This document shows, in pieces, positions 17,818 to 27,314 of a DNA stretch of 64,000 nt. Origin of the DNA: Hadesarchaea archaeon (GTDB lineage: Archaea; Hadarchaeota; Hadarchaeia; Hadarchaeales; Hadarchaeaceae); the NCBI GenBank assembly GCA_030601675.1, contig JAUWBN010000001.1:11027-75026 (forward strand), read 5' to 3'. Positions within the stretch are counted from its first letter, which is position 1; each line of letters begins with the position of its first letter. The notes beneath the pieces are model-generated. The model ran no database searches and was not told where the DNA came from. It was given only the letters and a program-made list of their open reading frames with translations. The translations under genes and the position numbers were made by a program.

Positions 17818-17951
17818 GACTGGGGACTGGGGGGGCTTTGCCCATAAACTAAACCTTTTCTGAAATTTTGATTGACTTTATAGGCAAGCCAAGGACTTTA
17901 TGGGCAAACAGCAGAATTTACGACTTTATGGACAAAGCCGACTGGGGGGGG
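17818..17951. repeat. Cluster of ~16-bp repeats (CTTTATGGGCAAAGCC consensus) with GACTGGGG(G)n tracts
   Basis: One inverted copy at 17834-17849 and direct copies at 17874, 17894 and 17922. GACTGGGG at 17818, 17825 and 17940. Confidence 0.8.
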
Positions 17952-17998
17952 AATTTCGCCCGTCTTCACACTCCTCGCTCAAAAAAAGGGCGAAAAAC

Positions 17999-19801
17999 TC
18001 AAGATTTTGCCTTTAGGCGCTTCAAACTCTTGGAGATCTCCTCGGTGCTCCGGCGCATCGACCGCACCACGAAGATCAGCACGAACGCACCGATCACCAT
18101 AGCCAAGATGCCGACGACCAACATGACGTTGAACGCCGCCTCGCGCTCTGGTGATACGCTTTGACCGACCACCGTGAAGTACGAGAACTCCGTCGTCGTG
18201 GCTGAGTAGTAGAGATAAAGGTTATCCTCATCGGTGAAGTTCGTCAGCAGCTCGATCCATCGACCCTCCCCCTCACCGAATCGAAGCAACCTCACCGTGT
18301 CCTCGTCGATGTCGTTCATACTTATCCAAAGCTTCGACACCCTGAACTCTACAGTGGCGCTCTCAACCTGTTCCGATGCGGTTGTCCTCATCTCTAGATA
18401 ATGAGACACGATGCCCCTCTCGGCTGGCGGCACGACCACCCCTGCTGGTCTCTCGGAGAGCCGCTGCGCTTGGACCTCTATGTTCTCTATCGCTACCGCT
18501 AGGGTTACCCTGACCTTGCTCACGGGTTGATCTTTTTCAAAATTCACGTTGATGACTCGCTCGCTCTCTATCTCTACGCTCTCGACGTAGTTGTTCTCTA
18601 CCTCAATCGTTTGACCGACCGAGTTCTGAATGTTCTCGATCGCGACGGTAGCCGGACCTACCCAGTAACTTATTCGTGTGCCCGCTTCCCCGGTGACGAG
18701 CGCTAGGAGGGCGTTAACGACCGAGGAGCCCGTCCAAGTGTAGGTGGTGTCCGTCTGAGTGTGGCCGGACGGTGGGTTCTCCACTTCAGCACCCGAGGGC
18801 ACCCTCAGCGCGAACGTCACGTCTTCATTTTCTGCCACGACGCTGGGAATTTCAAGAGAGGTAGGCCAGTACTCCTGCAGCACGCCGAAGTCCACCACGA
18901 TCGTGTTGTTGGTTTGGGTCACCACACCCATCTCATCGGGCCGGAGCTCAAATTCAAAGTCAAGCCCGATTGTCGAGGTAACTCCGGCGGACTCCATTTG
19001 CAGCTCTAGCATCGCCGTCGTAGAGACAAGCCTGAATAGGATGTCCAACGTTAGCCCCTCGAGATCCTCTATACTCGTAATCGTTGTGGGGATGCTCCCA
19101 GTCCCCGTTGTTGTGATGCTCATCGGCAGCTCCCTCCGCAGCTCTGCCCCAAACGTCGAGCTCTCGGCGGTCATGGTCGCGCCGAAGGTCAATTTTGATG
19201 CCGCACCGTCCCAATCGAGCTCGGTAATGCTGAGGTCGGTTATTTCCAGATCATATTGAGCATACTCATATGTGAGCAATGGCTGAATCTTGTCTAGCAG
19301 CAACTGGTTGAACATCCCCGGCGCAAGCTTGTAAGCCGCTACCACCGTCGAGACCGTCTGCTTCTGCTCCTCGGTTAGGGGCAGGGCCAACCAACCGTTT
19401 GTGGCAAGGGTGAGCGTTCCCTCGCTCGGGGATGTCAGCTCGATGTTTATTTCCCAGCCCACGGATTTCGCGGGGGCTGTTAAGATTGAGTCAGATCCCG
19501 GAAGAACCGAACTTGCCGCAAAACTTGTTTCCTGCAGGGAAAGGACTGGGAGAGAAACTTCCAGAAGTACTGGCCCCGTCAAATAGGAGTAAAGCGAGTA
19601 AAGCGGGTTGGGTCCAGAGTAATCTATTCTTATATGGAGGCGCCCCGTGCTCTTGAACTCGAGGAGCAGGTCCAGCGAGACATTTTCTGGAACGCTTATC
19701 TCTGATACATCGGCTTCGGCTTGCCCCGCTACTGGAACACCCACGGCCAGAAAGTTAGCCAATAGGATGAGCGTCATCAAGAGCGCTATCGGACCCTTCA
19801 T
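17999..19801 (-). CDS. Cell-surface protein with PGF-pre-PGF-like domain and C-terminal membrane anchor
   Basis: Signal peptide MKGPIALLMTLILL, acidic S/T-rich body, ATVEFRVSKLWI...VRLLRF...WIEL....YYSATTTEFSYFTV, then TM helix and basic tail. Confidence 0.78.
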   Translation of the reverse strand: MKGPIALLMTLILLANFLAVGVPVAGQAEADVSEISVPENVSLDLLLEFKSTGRLHIRIDYSGPNPLYSLYSYLTGPVLLEVSLPVLSLQETSFAASSVLPGSDSILTAPAKSVGWEINIELTSPSEGTLTLATNGWLALPLTEEQKQTVSTVVAAYKLAPGMFNQLLLDKIQPLLTYEYAQYDLEITDLSITELDWDGAASKLTFGATMTAESSTFGAELRRELPMSITTTGTGSIPTTITSIEDLEGLTLDILFRLVSTTAMLELQMESAGVTSTIGLDFEFELRPDEMGVVTQTNNTIVVDFGVLQEYWPTSLEIPSVVAENEDVTFALRVPSGAEVENPPSGHTQTDTTYTWTGSSVVNALLALVTGEAGTRISYWVGPATVAIENIQNSVGQTIEVENNYVESVEIESERVINVNFEKDQPVSKVRVTLAVAIENIEVQAQRLSERPAGVVVPPAERGIVSHYLEMRTTASEQVESATVEFRVSKLWISMNDIDEDTVRLLRFGEGEGRWIELLTNFTDEDNLYLYYSATTTEFSYFTVVGQSVSPEREAAFNVMLVVGILAMVIGAFVLIFVVRSMRRSTEEISKSLKRLKAKS

Positions 19802-20081
19802 TTTACCACGATTACTTTGAGTCCACATTTTACTTAAACCTAAGCATTTTTTCTGCCGATTCTTACGTTCCTCAATGGGGAATCTCGCCCGCCCCCACGG
19901 TTTAACGCTTTTTGGGTCGAGAACCACGTGCGATCACCCTGACGAATTCTAAGCTCAATTTAGTTTGTGGCAATACATGCAGCCCAAATGGTACAAATTC
20001 TGAAAGCGTGCAAAACCTGTGCTAAATCGCCCGCTTTCTTTATATGCTAAAGTCAGCTTAGGGAATCCGAGGTGAGCCTAG

Positions 20082-20387
20082 GTGGCCCTGGAAGATCTCG
20101 CAAAACTCATCGCCCCCCGCGCGCAGCCGCAGGTGATATCCATCCTGCGCGCGTTTTACCCGGACAACAAGCCGCGGACGAAGGCCGAGCTGCTGAGCGA
20201 GACCAAGCTGCACGTGAAGATGTTCGAGTACCTCCTCACGCGCATGCGCCACTACAGGCTTATCTGGGGGGAGAAGATCGGGGGCGAGTACCGCTATTAC
20301 CTCGACCCGAACGCCTTCCACACCCGCCTCGATACGCTTCTCGTCGACCCGGTCAAGCACTTGGTGAAGGGGCGCAGCTCGATTTAA
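20082..20387 (+). CDS. Winged-helix DNA-binding protein (hypothetical)
   Basis: PRTKAELLSETKL....FEYLLTRMRHYRLIW......YRYYL wHTH pattern. GAGGTGA SD and TTTATAT box upstream. Confidence 0.65.
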   Translation: MALEDLAKLIAPRAQPQVISILRAFYPDNKPRTKAELLSETKLHVKMFEYLLTRMRHYRLIWGEKIGGEYRYYLDPNAFHTRLDTLLVDPVKHLVKGRSSI

Positions 20388-20416
20388 TAGGCGAGAGATG
20401 GCGAACGTTCGCCACG

Positions 20417-20920
20417 TCACGCGGGCGGGTAACCCATTACCTCCGCGACGACCCCGTCGATCTTTTTCGCGAGCCTTTTTGCATGGAGCACGACGTTCGG
20501 AGGCTTCTCGGCCAGGGCCTCCAGGTCTTTCTTGTAGCGCGCCAACTCCTTGGAAACCCTTTGCTTGGCCACTTCTTCCCGGAGGCGCCCCCTGACCTCC
20601 CGCTCGTAGAGTTGGTCGACCTTCCCTTCGGCTTCGGCCAGGCCCACGAGATCGATGAAGTTCTGTATGGCCTGGGCAACCTCCGCACCGAGCTCCGTCA
20701 AGTTCACCAGCTTGATCCTGCCCGTTTCCTTGAAGCTGACCAATTTGAGCCTCTCCAGTTGGGCCAGCACATTTAGAGTATGCGCGTAGGTGCCGTTAAT
20801 CTCCCTTGAAATTATCGCCGTGTAAAGGGGTTTATTCTCCTTCTTTAGTAAAATGAGGATTTTTGCTGGCTTCTCTTGTAAAAATAAGCCTTCTACGCCT
20901 CTCTCCAATTCCTTGCCCAA
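20417..20920 (-). CDS. MarR-like winged-helix regulator with C-terminal helical extension
   Basis: EKPAKILILL...YTAIISREINGTYAHTLNVLAQLERLKLVSF...GRIKLVNLTELG. Confidence 0.75.
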   Translation of the reverse strand: MGKELERGVEGLFLQEKPAKILILLKKENKPLYTAIISREINGTYAHTLNVLAQLERLKLVSFKETGRIKLVNLTELGAEVAQAIQNFIDLVGLAEAEGKVDQLYEREVRGRLREEVAKQRVSKELARYKKDLEALAEKPPNVVLHAKRLAKKIDGVVAEVMGYPPA

Positions 20921-21081
20921 AGGATTCCCCTTCCTAAAATGTATACTCCCTTATATCTATTTAAGTTTATCTATACTTTAAAATATACTTTTAAGATAAC
21001 ATTAGATGGGGATTTTGCGACAAAAAAATATATCAACCCGAAAACCGATTGCAAAGCACGACGATGATCTGAGGTGATGGA

Positions 21082-22416
21082 GTGGGTGAAATGAAAAAAC
21101 CGAAGATAGTGACGACGCCGCCGGGCCCGAAGGCGAGAGCGTTGATCAAGCGGGACCGCGCGGTGATCTCGCCCTCCCTGACGCGCGCCGCCCCGCTCGT
21201 GGGCGTCGAGGCGGATGGGGTGTGGGTGAAGGATATCGACGGAAACGTCTTCTTGGACTTCAGCTCGGGCATAGCTGTGACAAACGTTGGACACCGCCAC
21301 CCCAAAGTGGTGGGGGCGATCAAGCGACAGACGGACAAACTCATTTTCGTCAACAGCTGCGATTTCTACACGCTCCCCCAGGTGGAGCTCGGGGAGCGCT
21401 TGTTCGAGGTAACGCCTGGTAATTTCGAGAAGCGGGTGTTCTTCTCGAACTCGGGAACGGAAGCCGTTGAGGCCGCCCTTAAGGTCGCTCAGTGGCACAC
21501 CCGCAATTTCTACGTGCTCGCATTCATCGGGGGATTTCACGGGCGAACGATGGGTTCCCTCCAGCTCACGACCACGAACGTTGCCGTGCGCCGCCACTTC
21601 AAGGGCATGATGCAGGGGGTTTTCCACGTGCCCTACGCTTACTGCTATCGCTGTCCCTTCAAGCAGACCTATCCCGATTGCGGGCTGTGGTGTGTCGACT
21701 ACATCGAGGAAATAATGTTCGAGAAGGTGGTTCCGCCCGATGACGTGGCTTGCGCGATCGCCGAGCCGATTCAGGGTGCAGGCGGCTACATAGTTCCGCC
21801 CGACGGATACCTGCAGGCCCTCGCGAAACTCTGCAGGGAGAAGAACATAATTTTCGTAGCGGATGAGATCCAGTCGGGGCTCTGCCGCACGGGCAAGTGG
21901 TTCGCGTGCGAGCACTGGGGGGTCGAACCTGATATCATAACAGTTGGGAAGGGGATAGCCGGCGGCCTGCCGTTCGGCGCGACCATCTCGCGGGCAGAGC
22001 TCATGGACTGGGGGCCCGGGGCCCATGAGAACACGATGGGCGGTAGCCCGGTCGGGTGTTCGGCTGCACTCGCCGTGCTGGATATTCTAAAGACCGAACG
22101 GCTTGCCAAAAATGCCGCCGAGGTTGGTGGGTACATGCTCAAGAGGCTCAAGGAGCTCGCCGAGAAACACGAGCTGATCGGCGATGTCCGGGGCAAGGGC
22201 ATGATGATCGGCGTCGAGTTCGTCAAGGACAGGGGGACGAAGGAGCCAGCCAAGGCCGAAAGGGATAAGCTCATGACAAAAGCCTTCGAACGCGGGCTCG
22301 TGCTCCTCGGCGCTGGGGTGTCCTCGCTACGGCTCGCCCCGCCGCTCATCCTAACGCGTGAACAAGCCGATGTCGGGCTGGAGATATTCGAGCGAGCTTT
22401 GAGGGAGATCAAGTAA
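21082..22416 (+). CDS. Class III PLP-dependent aminotransferase (4-aminobutyrate/ornithine type)
   Basis: NSGTEAVE, GGFHGRT, EPIQGAGG, DEIQSG.CRTG and DIITVGKG (PLP lysine). Confidence 0.93.
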   Translation: MGEMKKPKIVTTPPGPKARALIKRDRAVISPSLTRAAPLVGVEADGVWVKDIDGNVFLDFSSGIAVTNVGHRHPKVVGAIKRQTDKLIFVNSCDFYTLPQVELGERLFEVTPGNFEKRVFFSNSGTEAVEAALKVAQWHTRNFYVLAFIGGFHGRTMGSLQLTTTNVAVRRHFKGMMQGVFHVPYAYCYRCPFKQTYPDCGLWCVDYIEEIMFEKVVPPDDVACAIAEPIQGAGGYIVPPDGYLQALAKLCREKNIIFVADEIQSGLCRTGKWFACEHWGVEPDIITVGKGIAGGLPFGATISRAELMDWGPGAHENTMGGSPVGCSAALAVLDILKTERLAKNAAEVGGYMLKRLKELAEKHELIGDVRGKGMMIGVEFVKDRGTKEPAKAERDKLMTKAFERGLVLLGAGVSSLRLAPPLILTREQADVGLEIFERALREIK

Positions 22417-22424
22417 ACAGCTAG

Positions 22425-23393
22425 TTGGTGAGGCCCACGCCCGGAGATTACATAACGCCCGCCTTCTACGCCATAGGGCTCATCGTCCTCGGGGTTGCCA
22501 TAAGGGTTATCACGGGTCGCGTCAAAATTTTGGGAAGGTTCGCCAAGCCGGGCTTCCGCCTCCTCAACGTGGCCATCCTCTGGGTGATGCTCCCCACCGT
22601 GATCTTCGTCTCGATAGCCCGCTACAGCATGCACGATATCTTGGGATTCGGCAACGCGGCAGTTTTTGCTTTCGTGGGGCTGGGCGTTTGTTTCGTGCTG
22701 GCGGTGGGGCTCTCGACCCTCATGCACCACGACCGAAAGACAACCATCGCGGTCACATTGAACTCAGCATTCATGAACGTCACCTACCTCGGGCTGCCCC
22801 TTGTATACGCCATGGTCGGGATTGAGGGCTTGGGCCCCGCGAGCCTTTACGCGGTGGCGATAGGGATCCCGCACTTGATCCTTGGGGTGGCGCTCGCGAT
22901 ATCCGCCAGCAAGCGACGCGTAAGCCCGCGCTTCGTGCTGGAAAACGTGCTTGTCTTCCCAGCGACCATAGCGTTAATAACAGCAATGCTCTTCGTCGGT
23001 TTCAACGCCCACCTGCCTGACGTGGTGAGCGAGACATTCGACGTTTATCTCGCCAAGCCTTTCTTCGCCCTGATGCTTCTGTTCGTCGGCTACCAAATGC
23101 CCCTAGTCAACCCCCGCAAGTACGTATCGAAGCTGGCGACCGTGGGCGCGATAAGGTTCTTGGTCTGTCCGCTCGTGGTCTTCGCATTGATCGGGATGGC
23201 CGGGTTGAGCATAGCCACCGATATCTCGCCCAAGCCCGCGCTCATTCAGGCGATGATGCCGCCCGCCGTCTTCAACGTCTTCCTCGCCTACAATTTCAAG
23301 CTGGACCTCAAGCTCTACGGGGCGATGGTGTTCTACCTGACCCTTGTCTCTCTCTTCGTGGCGCTGCCCCTCATGATCTATCTCGTTTTCTGA
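22425..23393 (+). CDS. AEC (auxin efflux carrier/malate permease) family transporter
   Basis: About 10 TM segments with FMNVTYLGLP and AMMPPAV motifs. Confidence 0.82.
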   Translation: MVRPTPGDYITPAFYAIGLIVLGVAIRVITGRVKILGRFAKPGFRLLNVAILWVMLPTVIFVSIARYSMHDILGFGNAAVFAFVGLGVCFVLAVGLSTLMHHDRKTTIAVTLNSAFMNVTYLGLPLVYAMVGIEGLGPASLYAVAIGIPHLILGVALAISASKRRVSPRFVLENVLVFPATIALITAMLFVGFNAHLPDVVSETFDVYLAKPFFALMLLFVGYQMPLVNPRKYVSKLATVGAIRFLVCPLVVFALIGMAGLSIATDISPKPALIQAMMPPAVFNVFLAYNFKLDLKLYGAMVFYLTLVSLFVALPLMIYLVF

Positions 23394-23600
23394 TGAGTTC
23401 CTCACCCAGCCGATTTTAAGGGTGTTGCAACTGGCACCGATTTCCGTATTATTTATGGAATACTTTCGGTGCCCTCTGTGGGAAAATCGCTTAAAAGCGC
23501 ATGCCGGATTGCAGGTCGGGTTGAAAATGACTGAATGCATTAGCTCCGTGCGCTGGACTGAACAATTAGGAAGCCGCATTTTCCCGGATGGCGAGTTGTT

Positions 23601-24839
23601 ATGATGATCAATGCTATCGGCCTCTTAGAAGAAGAGTACCCTAAATTAAGAGTAAAAGTTACAAAAGAACTGAGAAAAAGACTATTTCTTCATTTAGATA
23701 ACTCAACAGGATATCTAGCACAATCACTTAAAATTAGCGAAGTTTCTTTAAGAAGAAAATTTTTCGATAGAAAAGGATATTCTTTTAAACTCTGCGAGCT
23801 TTTGTTCCTCGCCAAGAAAGCCAAAATCGGTGGGGATGAAGTATTCTCTAGCATTACAGATATAAAAATTGGTGATAATGCATTCTGGACGAATTTACCA
23901 ACGAAAATTTCAGTTGATGAAGAATTTACAGAAGGAATTGGATACTATGTTGGTGATGGTCGTTTAAAACCAAATAAAGGTTTATCGACGACGAACACCG
24001 ATGTAAAAGCCATAAAAATTTTTCTTAATTGGTTAAAGAAATACTTCAGTGTTGATGATAAAGATGTCATAATAAATATCTATTTGCCGTGCTTGGATTT
24101 TAATGTAAATTCAGAAAAGAAAAAATGGTCAAAACTGCTTGAAGCAAACATCAATTCCGTTAAAAGCAAATATGAGTACAAAAATCATCATAAAATCCTG
24201 ATAGAAGTTTGCTATTTCAGAAAAATAGCTAAGCTTATCTTGGACAAATTGGGTCCGATTATCAAAGAAAAATGCCTCGCCAATAAATCTCTTGCAAAAG
24301 CGTACATTAGAGGGATAATGACCGCTGAAGGATCTGTTAAACACGATGAAAAAAGTCACCAAAAAGCTATTCACTTGAAAATGAAAAATAAATCAGAAGT
24401 TGAATATGTGTTCAAACTCCTTCAATTTGTAGGTTTGACCCCTAGTTTCTTATTTTCTAAACAAGATAATGAATGGTTAACAACTATCAGCGGCTGCGAT
24501 GAACTTGAGAAATTAGATGAAATGGATATTTTTAAATCCAATGGTGAAAGAAGAAGAAAATTCAAGGAAATCTTAAGCGATTATCAACACAGACAGGTGA
24601 AAAAAGGTCGAGTGAAAGAATTCTATCTCACTAAATTGTTGGAATTTGAAAGAAAGCATGGAGAATATTGTACTGCCAAGGAACTATCTAAATACCTTAA
24701 AAGAAGTAAATCTAGAGTATTGAATGTTCTAAGAGAGCTAAGGGAAAGTAAACTAGTGATTGGCGAAAGGATAATAAAAATTGGGAAGCCATTTAAATTT
24801 GCTTTGACTGAAAAAGGGGAAGAATTCATTTCGAAGTAG
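23601..24839 (+). mobile_element. Free-standing double-motif LAGLIDADG homing-endonuclease-like gene with N- and C-terminal HTH domains
   Basis: EGIGYYVGDG and AYIRGIMTAEG motifs, C-terminal TAKELSKYLKRSKSRVLNVLRELRESKLV...ALTEKG wHTH. Markedly AT-rich compared with its flanks. Confidence 0.8.
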
Positions 24840-26355
24840 TTTCGATCGGTTTTCCAGCTTTATCAAATTCTATTTCATCGTTAAGCAATTTCTTAAGGAC
24901 ATCTGGTAATTTTTCAATGTCCACTCTAATTTGCTTCGTCGTGTCTCTATGACGGATGGTTACATCATTTTGTTTTAGAGTTTCGTAATCGATAGTAACA
25001 CAGTAGGGGACACCTATCTCATCAGCTCTGGCATATCTCCTTCCTATTGATCCAGCATCGTTGTACTCAGCCATGAATCCCTTTAGCTTTAGATTCCCGT
25101 ACACCTCCCGGGCCTTCTCAGGCATGCCCGCGCGGTTGAGCAAGGGGAAAACGCCGACCTCGATTGGGGCCAAGTCCTTCTTCAGCCGGAAGTACTTGCG
25201 CTTCTTCTCCTGCACGTATGCATGTTCAAGCGCACAATAAAGTGGACGATCGATGCCGTAGGAGGGCTCGACCACGTGGCAAAGCACCTTCCGCTTCTTG
25301 TCAGCTGAAAATATCGTCAAGTCCTCCCCGCTGAACTGGGCGTGGCGGGAGAGGTCGTAATCCGTGCGGTAGGCTATCCCCGCGATCTCGACCCAGCCGA
25401 ACCGCTCCGTCGAAACCTCGGCGTCCCAAGTTTCGCTGGAATAATGAGCTCTTTGCCCGGGGGTCTGCTCCCTGAAGCGAATCACCTCGTTCGGAATGCC
25501 CAAGTCCAGCAAGAAGCGCTTGGTGAGCGCGAGGTAGTAGGCCATGAACTCGTTACAGACCAGCTTCTCCTTGACCGCCTGCTCGACCGTCACCTCGGTC
25601 AACTGCTCCTTGCCCTTCTCTTGGTCTTTCGCCAACCAAAGCCTGAGTTGTTCACCCGCCAGCTCGGAAAACCTCGGGTGATGCGGGTCCCCGGGGTCGA
25701 AGAAGACCTCGGCCTCTGCCATCGTGAACTCGCGAAGCCTTATGATACCCTGACGCGGGGAGATTTCGTTACGATAGCCCTTGCCGATCTGCACCACCCC
25801 GAAAGGCAACTTACCCCGCGCGTGGCGCTGGAGCCGCTTGAAATCGATGAAAATTCCCTGTGCAGTCTCTGGCCTAAGGTAACCCACGCGCTGGCTCCCA
25901 GGCCCGATCGCCGTTCGAAACATCGCGTTGAAATCAAAAATTTTTCCCAGCTCGCCACCGCAGTCTGGGCAGCGCACTTTGTGTTTTTTAAAGAACCGAT
26001 CCATCTCCTCCTTCGGCATCCCCTCGATGTCCTTGCCCGCCTGTTCGCGCGCCAAGTCCGCGACCCTGAAAGCAGCCCCACACTTCTGACACTCGACCAT
26101 CGCGTCAACGAAGTGCTCGACATGCCCGCTCGCCTTCAGAACCTCCTCGGGCACAATGCTCGGCGAATCTATCTCGAAGAACCCTTCCCGAACCACGTAA
26201 AATTCGCGCCACTTCTGGATGATCTTATTTTTTAGCAGCGCCCCGAGCGGCCCGAAATCGTAGAAACCTGCCACGCCTCCGTAAATTTCGAACGATGGCC
26301 AGATGAACCCGCGCCGCTTAGCTAGCTCCATGACTTCCTCGTGCTTTTTGGACAC
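24826..26355 (-). CDS. glyS: Glycyl-tRNA synthetase (alpha2, archaeal/eukaryal type)
   Basis: RRGFIWPSFEIYGG, YLRPETAQG, RNEISPRQGIIRLREF, VEPSYGIDR and GSIGRRYARADEIG. Confidence 0.96.
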   Translation of the reverse strand: MSKKHEEVMELAKRRGFIWPSFEIYGGVAGFYDFGPLGALLKNKIIQKWREFYVVREGFFEIDSPSIVPEEVLKASGHVEHFVDAMVECQKCGAAFRVADLAREQAGKDIEGMPKEEMDRFFKKHKVRCPDCGGELGKIFDFNAMFRTAIGPGSQRVGYLRPETAQGIFIDFKRLQRHARGKLPFGVVQIGKGYRNEISPRQGIIRLREFTMAEAEVFFDPGDPHHPRFSELAGEQLRLWLAKDQEKGKEQLTEVTVEQAVKEKLVCNEFMAYYLALTKRFLLDLGIPNEVIRFREQTPGQRAHYSSETWDAEVSTERFGWVEIAGIAYRTDYDLSRHAQFSGEDLTIFSADKKRKVLCHVVEPSYGIDRPLYCALEHAYVQEKKRKYFRLKKDLAPIEVGVFPLLNRAGMPEKAREVYGNLKLKGFMAEYNDAGSIGRRYARADEIGVPYCVTIDYETLKQNDVTIRHRDTTKQIRVDIEKLPDVLKKLLNDEIEFDKAGKPIETTSK

Positions 26356-26409
26356 TACTTCACCGCAATTGGAAGCGCGCTCAAACCCTAAAAAATTAAG
26401 TATTTATCA

Positions 26410-27246
26410 CTACTCGACCAAAGCGCGAAGCAAATCGACATCCCGTACAATCCCAATGAGTTTGTCATCCGCAGATAGAACTGGGGTCTGCTCAATTCGG
26501 TGCTGCTTCATGAGCTGAGCTGCCTTACTAATGGGAGTCTTGCGTGTTATCGTCACGAGCTCCTTCGTCATTACGTCCCGCACGAGCTTATCTGGGACCT
26601 TCAGCTCCCGCTTGGTGATGTAGATCCGGTTTTCGCTGTCCCAGGTCCATTTATCGCCCTCGCTCCGCCCCGTCATCTGGCTCATCTTCGATTCGGTTTC
26701 GACCTCGCTTATCTTGATGATATCTGAGTCATCGATGATCCCGACCAAGTTGCCGCCCTCATCAATCGCGGGGAGGGCCCGAAAGCCTGCGAGGTCTATG
26801 ATCTCCACCGCGGCTTTGAGCGGGGTCCCATCCCACACGGCGATGATGTGGGGGCGCATGAAATCCGATGCTGGGCGCTCCACGTCCATCTCGGCGAGCG
26901 CGCGATAAACGATATCCTGAACGGTGACGATCCCAGCGAGTTTTCCGTTCTTCAGCACGGGCAGTCTTCGGACGTGAGCCGTGAGCATACGATTCGCTGC
27001 ATCCTCGAGCTTATCGCTCAGCGCAACCGTCGGAACATCTCGATCGACGAGCATCGCGAGCTGCTCCTCGTCGGATTTCTCGAACAACTTGCGAAGCGTC
27101 ACCATTCCCACGAGCTCATCGGTGCCCCGCTTCACCACAGGGACTGCGCTTGCACCTATTTTCCTCAAGAGATCGAGAGCCTCTGCTCGAGTACCGGGCA
27201 CCTCTACCCACTTGACCTCCTTGGTCATCACATCTTTGACTTGCAT
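26410..27246 (-). CDS. Four-CBS-domain protein
   Basis: Repeated VKDVMT / RRLPV / GIVT.D patterns over 278 aa. Confidence 0.88.
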   Translation of the reverse strand: MQVKDVMTKEVKWVEVPGTRAEALDLLRKIGASAVPVVKRGTDELVGMVTLRKLFEKSDEEQLAMLVDRDVPTVALSDKLEDAANRMLTAHVRRLPVLKNGKLAGIVTVQDIVYRALAEMDVERPASDFMRPHIIAVWDGTPLKAAVEIIDLAGFRALPAIDEGGNLVGIIDDSDIIKISEVETESKMSQMTGRSEGDKWTWDSENRIYITKRELKVPDKLVRDVMTKELVTITRKTPISKAAQLMKQHRIEQTPVLSADDKLIGIVRDVDLLRALVE

Positions 27247-27314
27247 TTCCCTAATCCACCATCCGCTACGCTAAGTTAACTCCTTAAAACACAATTTTTT
27301 CTCGGTGCCCCAGC

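Noticed and set aside
17560..20920. Integrated plasmid or provirus
   Set aside because: No integrase, replication protein, capsid gene or att-like duplication is visible; only the repeats and regulators are reported.
20934..20961. dif-like site (right arm TTATATCTA)
   Set aside because: The left arm matches poorly and the sequence is adequately explained as the TATA region of the adjacent wHTH gene.
20971..22730. Long antisense and alternate-frame ORFs (e.g. 20971-22026, 21786-22730, 25342-26235, 46243-47076, 58635-59465)
   Set aside because: Shadow ORFs of GC-rich genes with no recognisable motifs, fully overlapping confident genes.
23601..24839. LAGLIDADG ORF as an intein or intron-encoded protein
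   Set aside because: No splicing-domain termini (N-terminal Cys/Ser, C-terminal His-Asn). It is antisense to glyS and does not interrupt a host gene.
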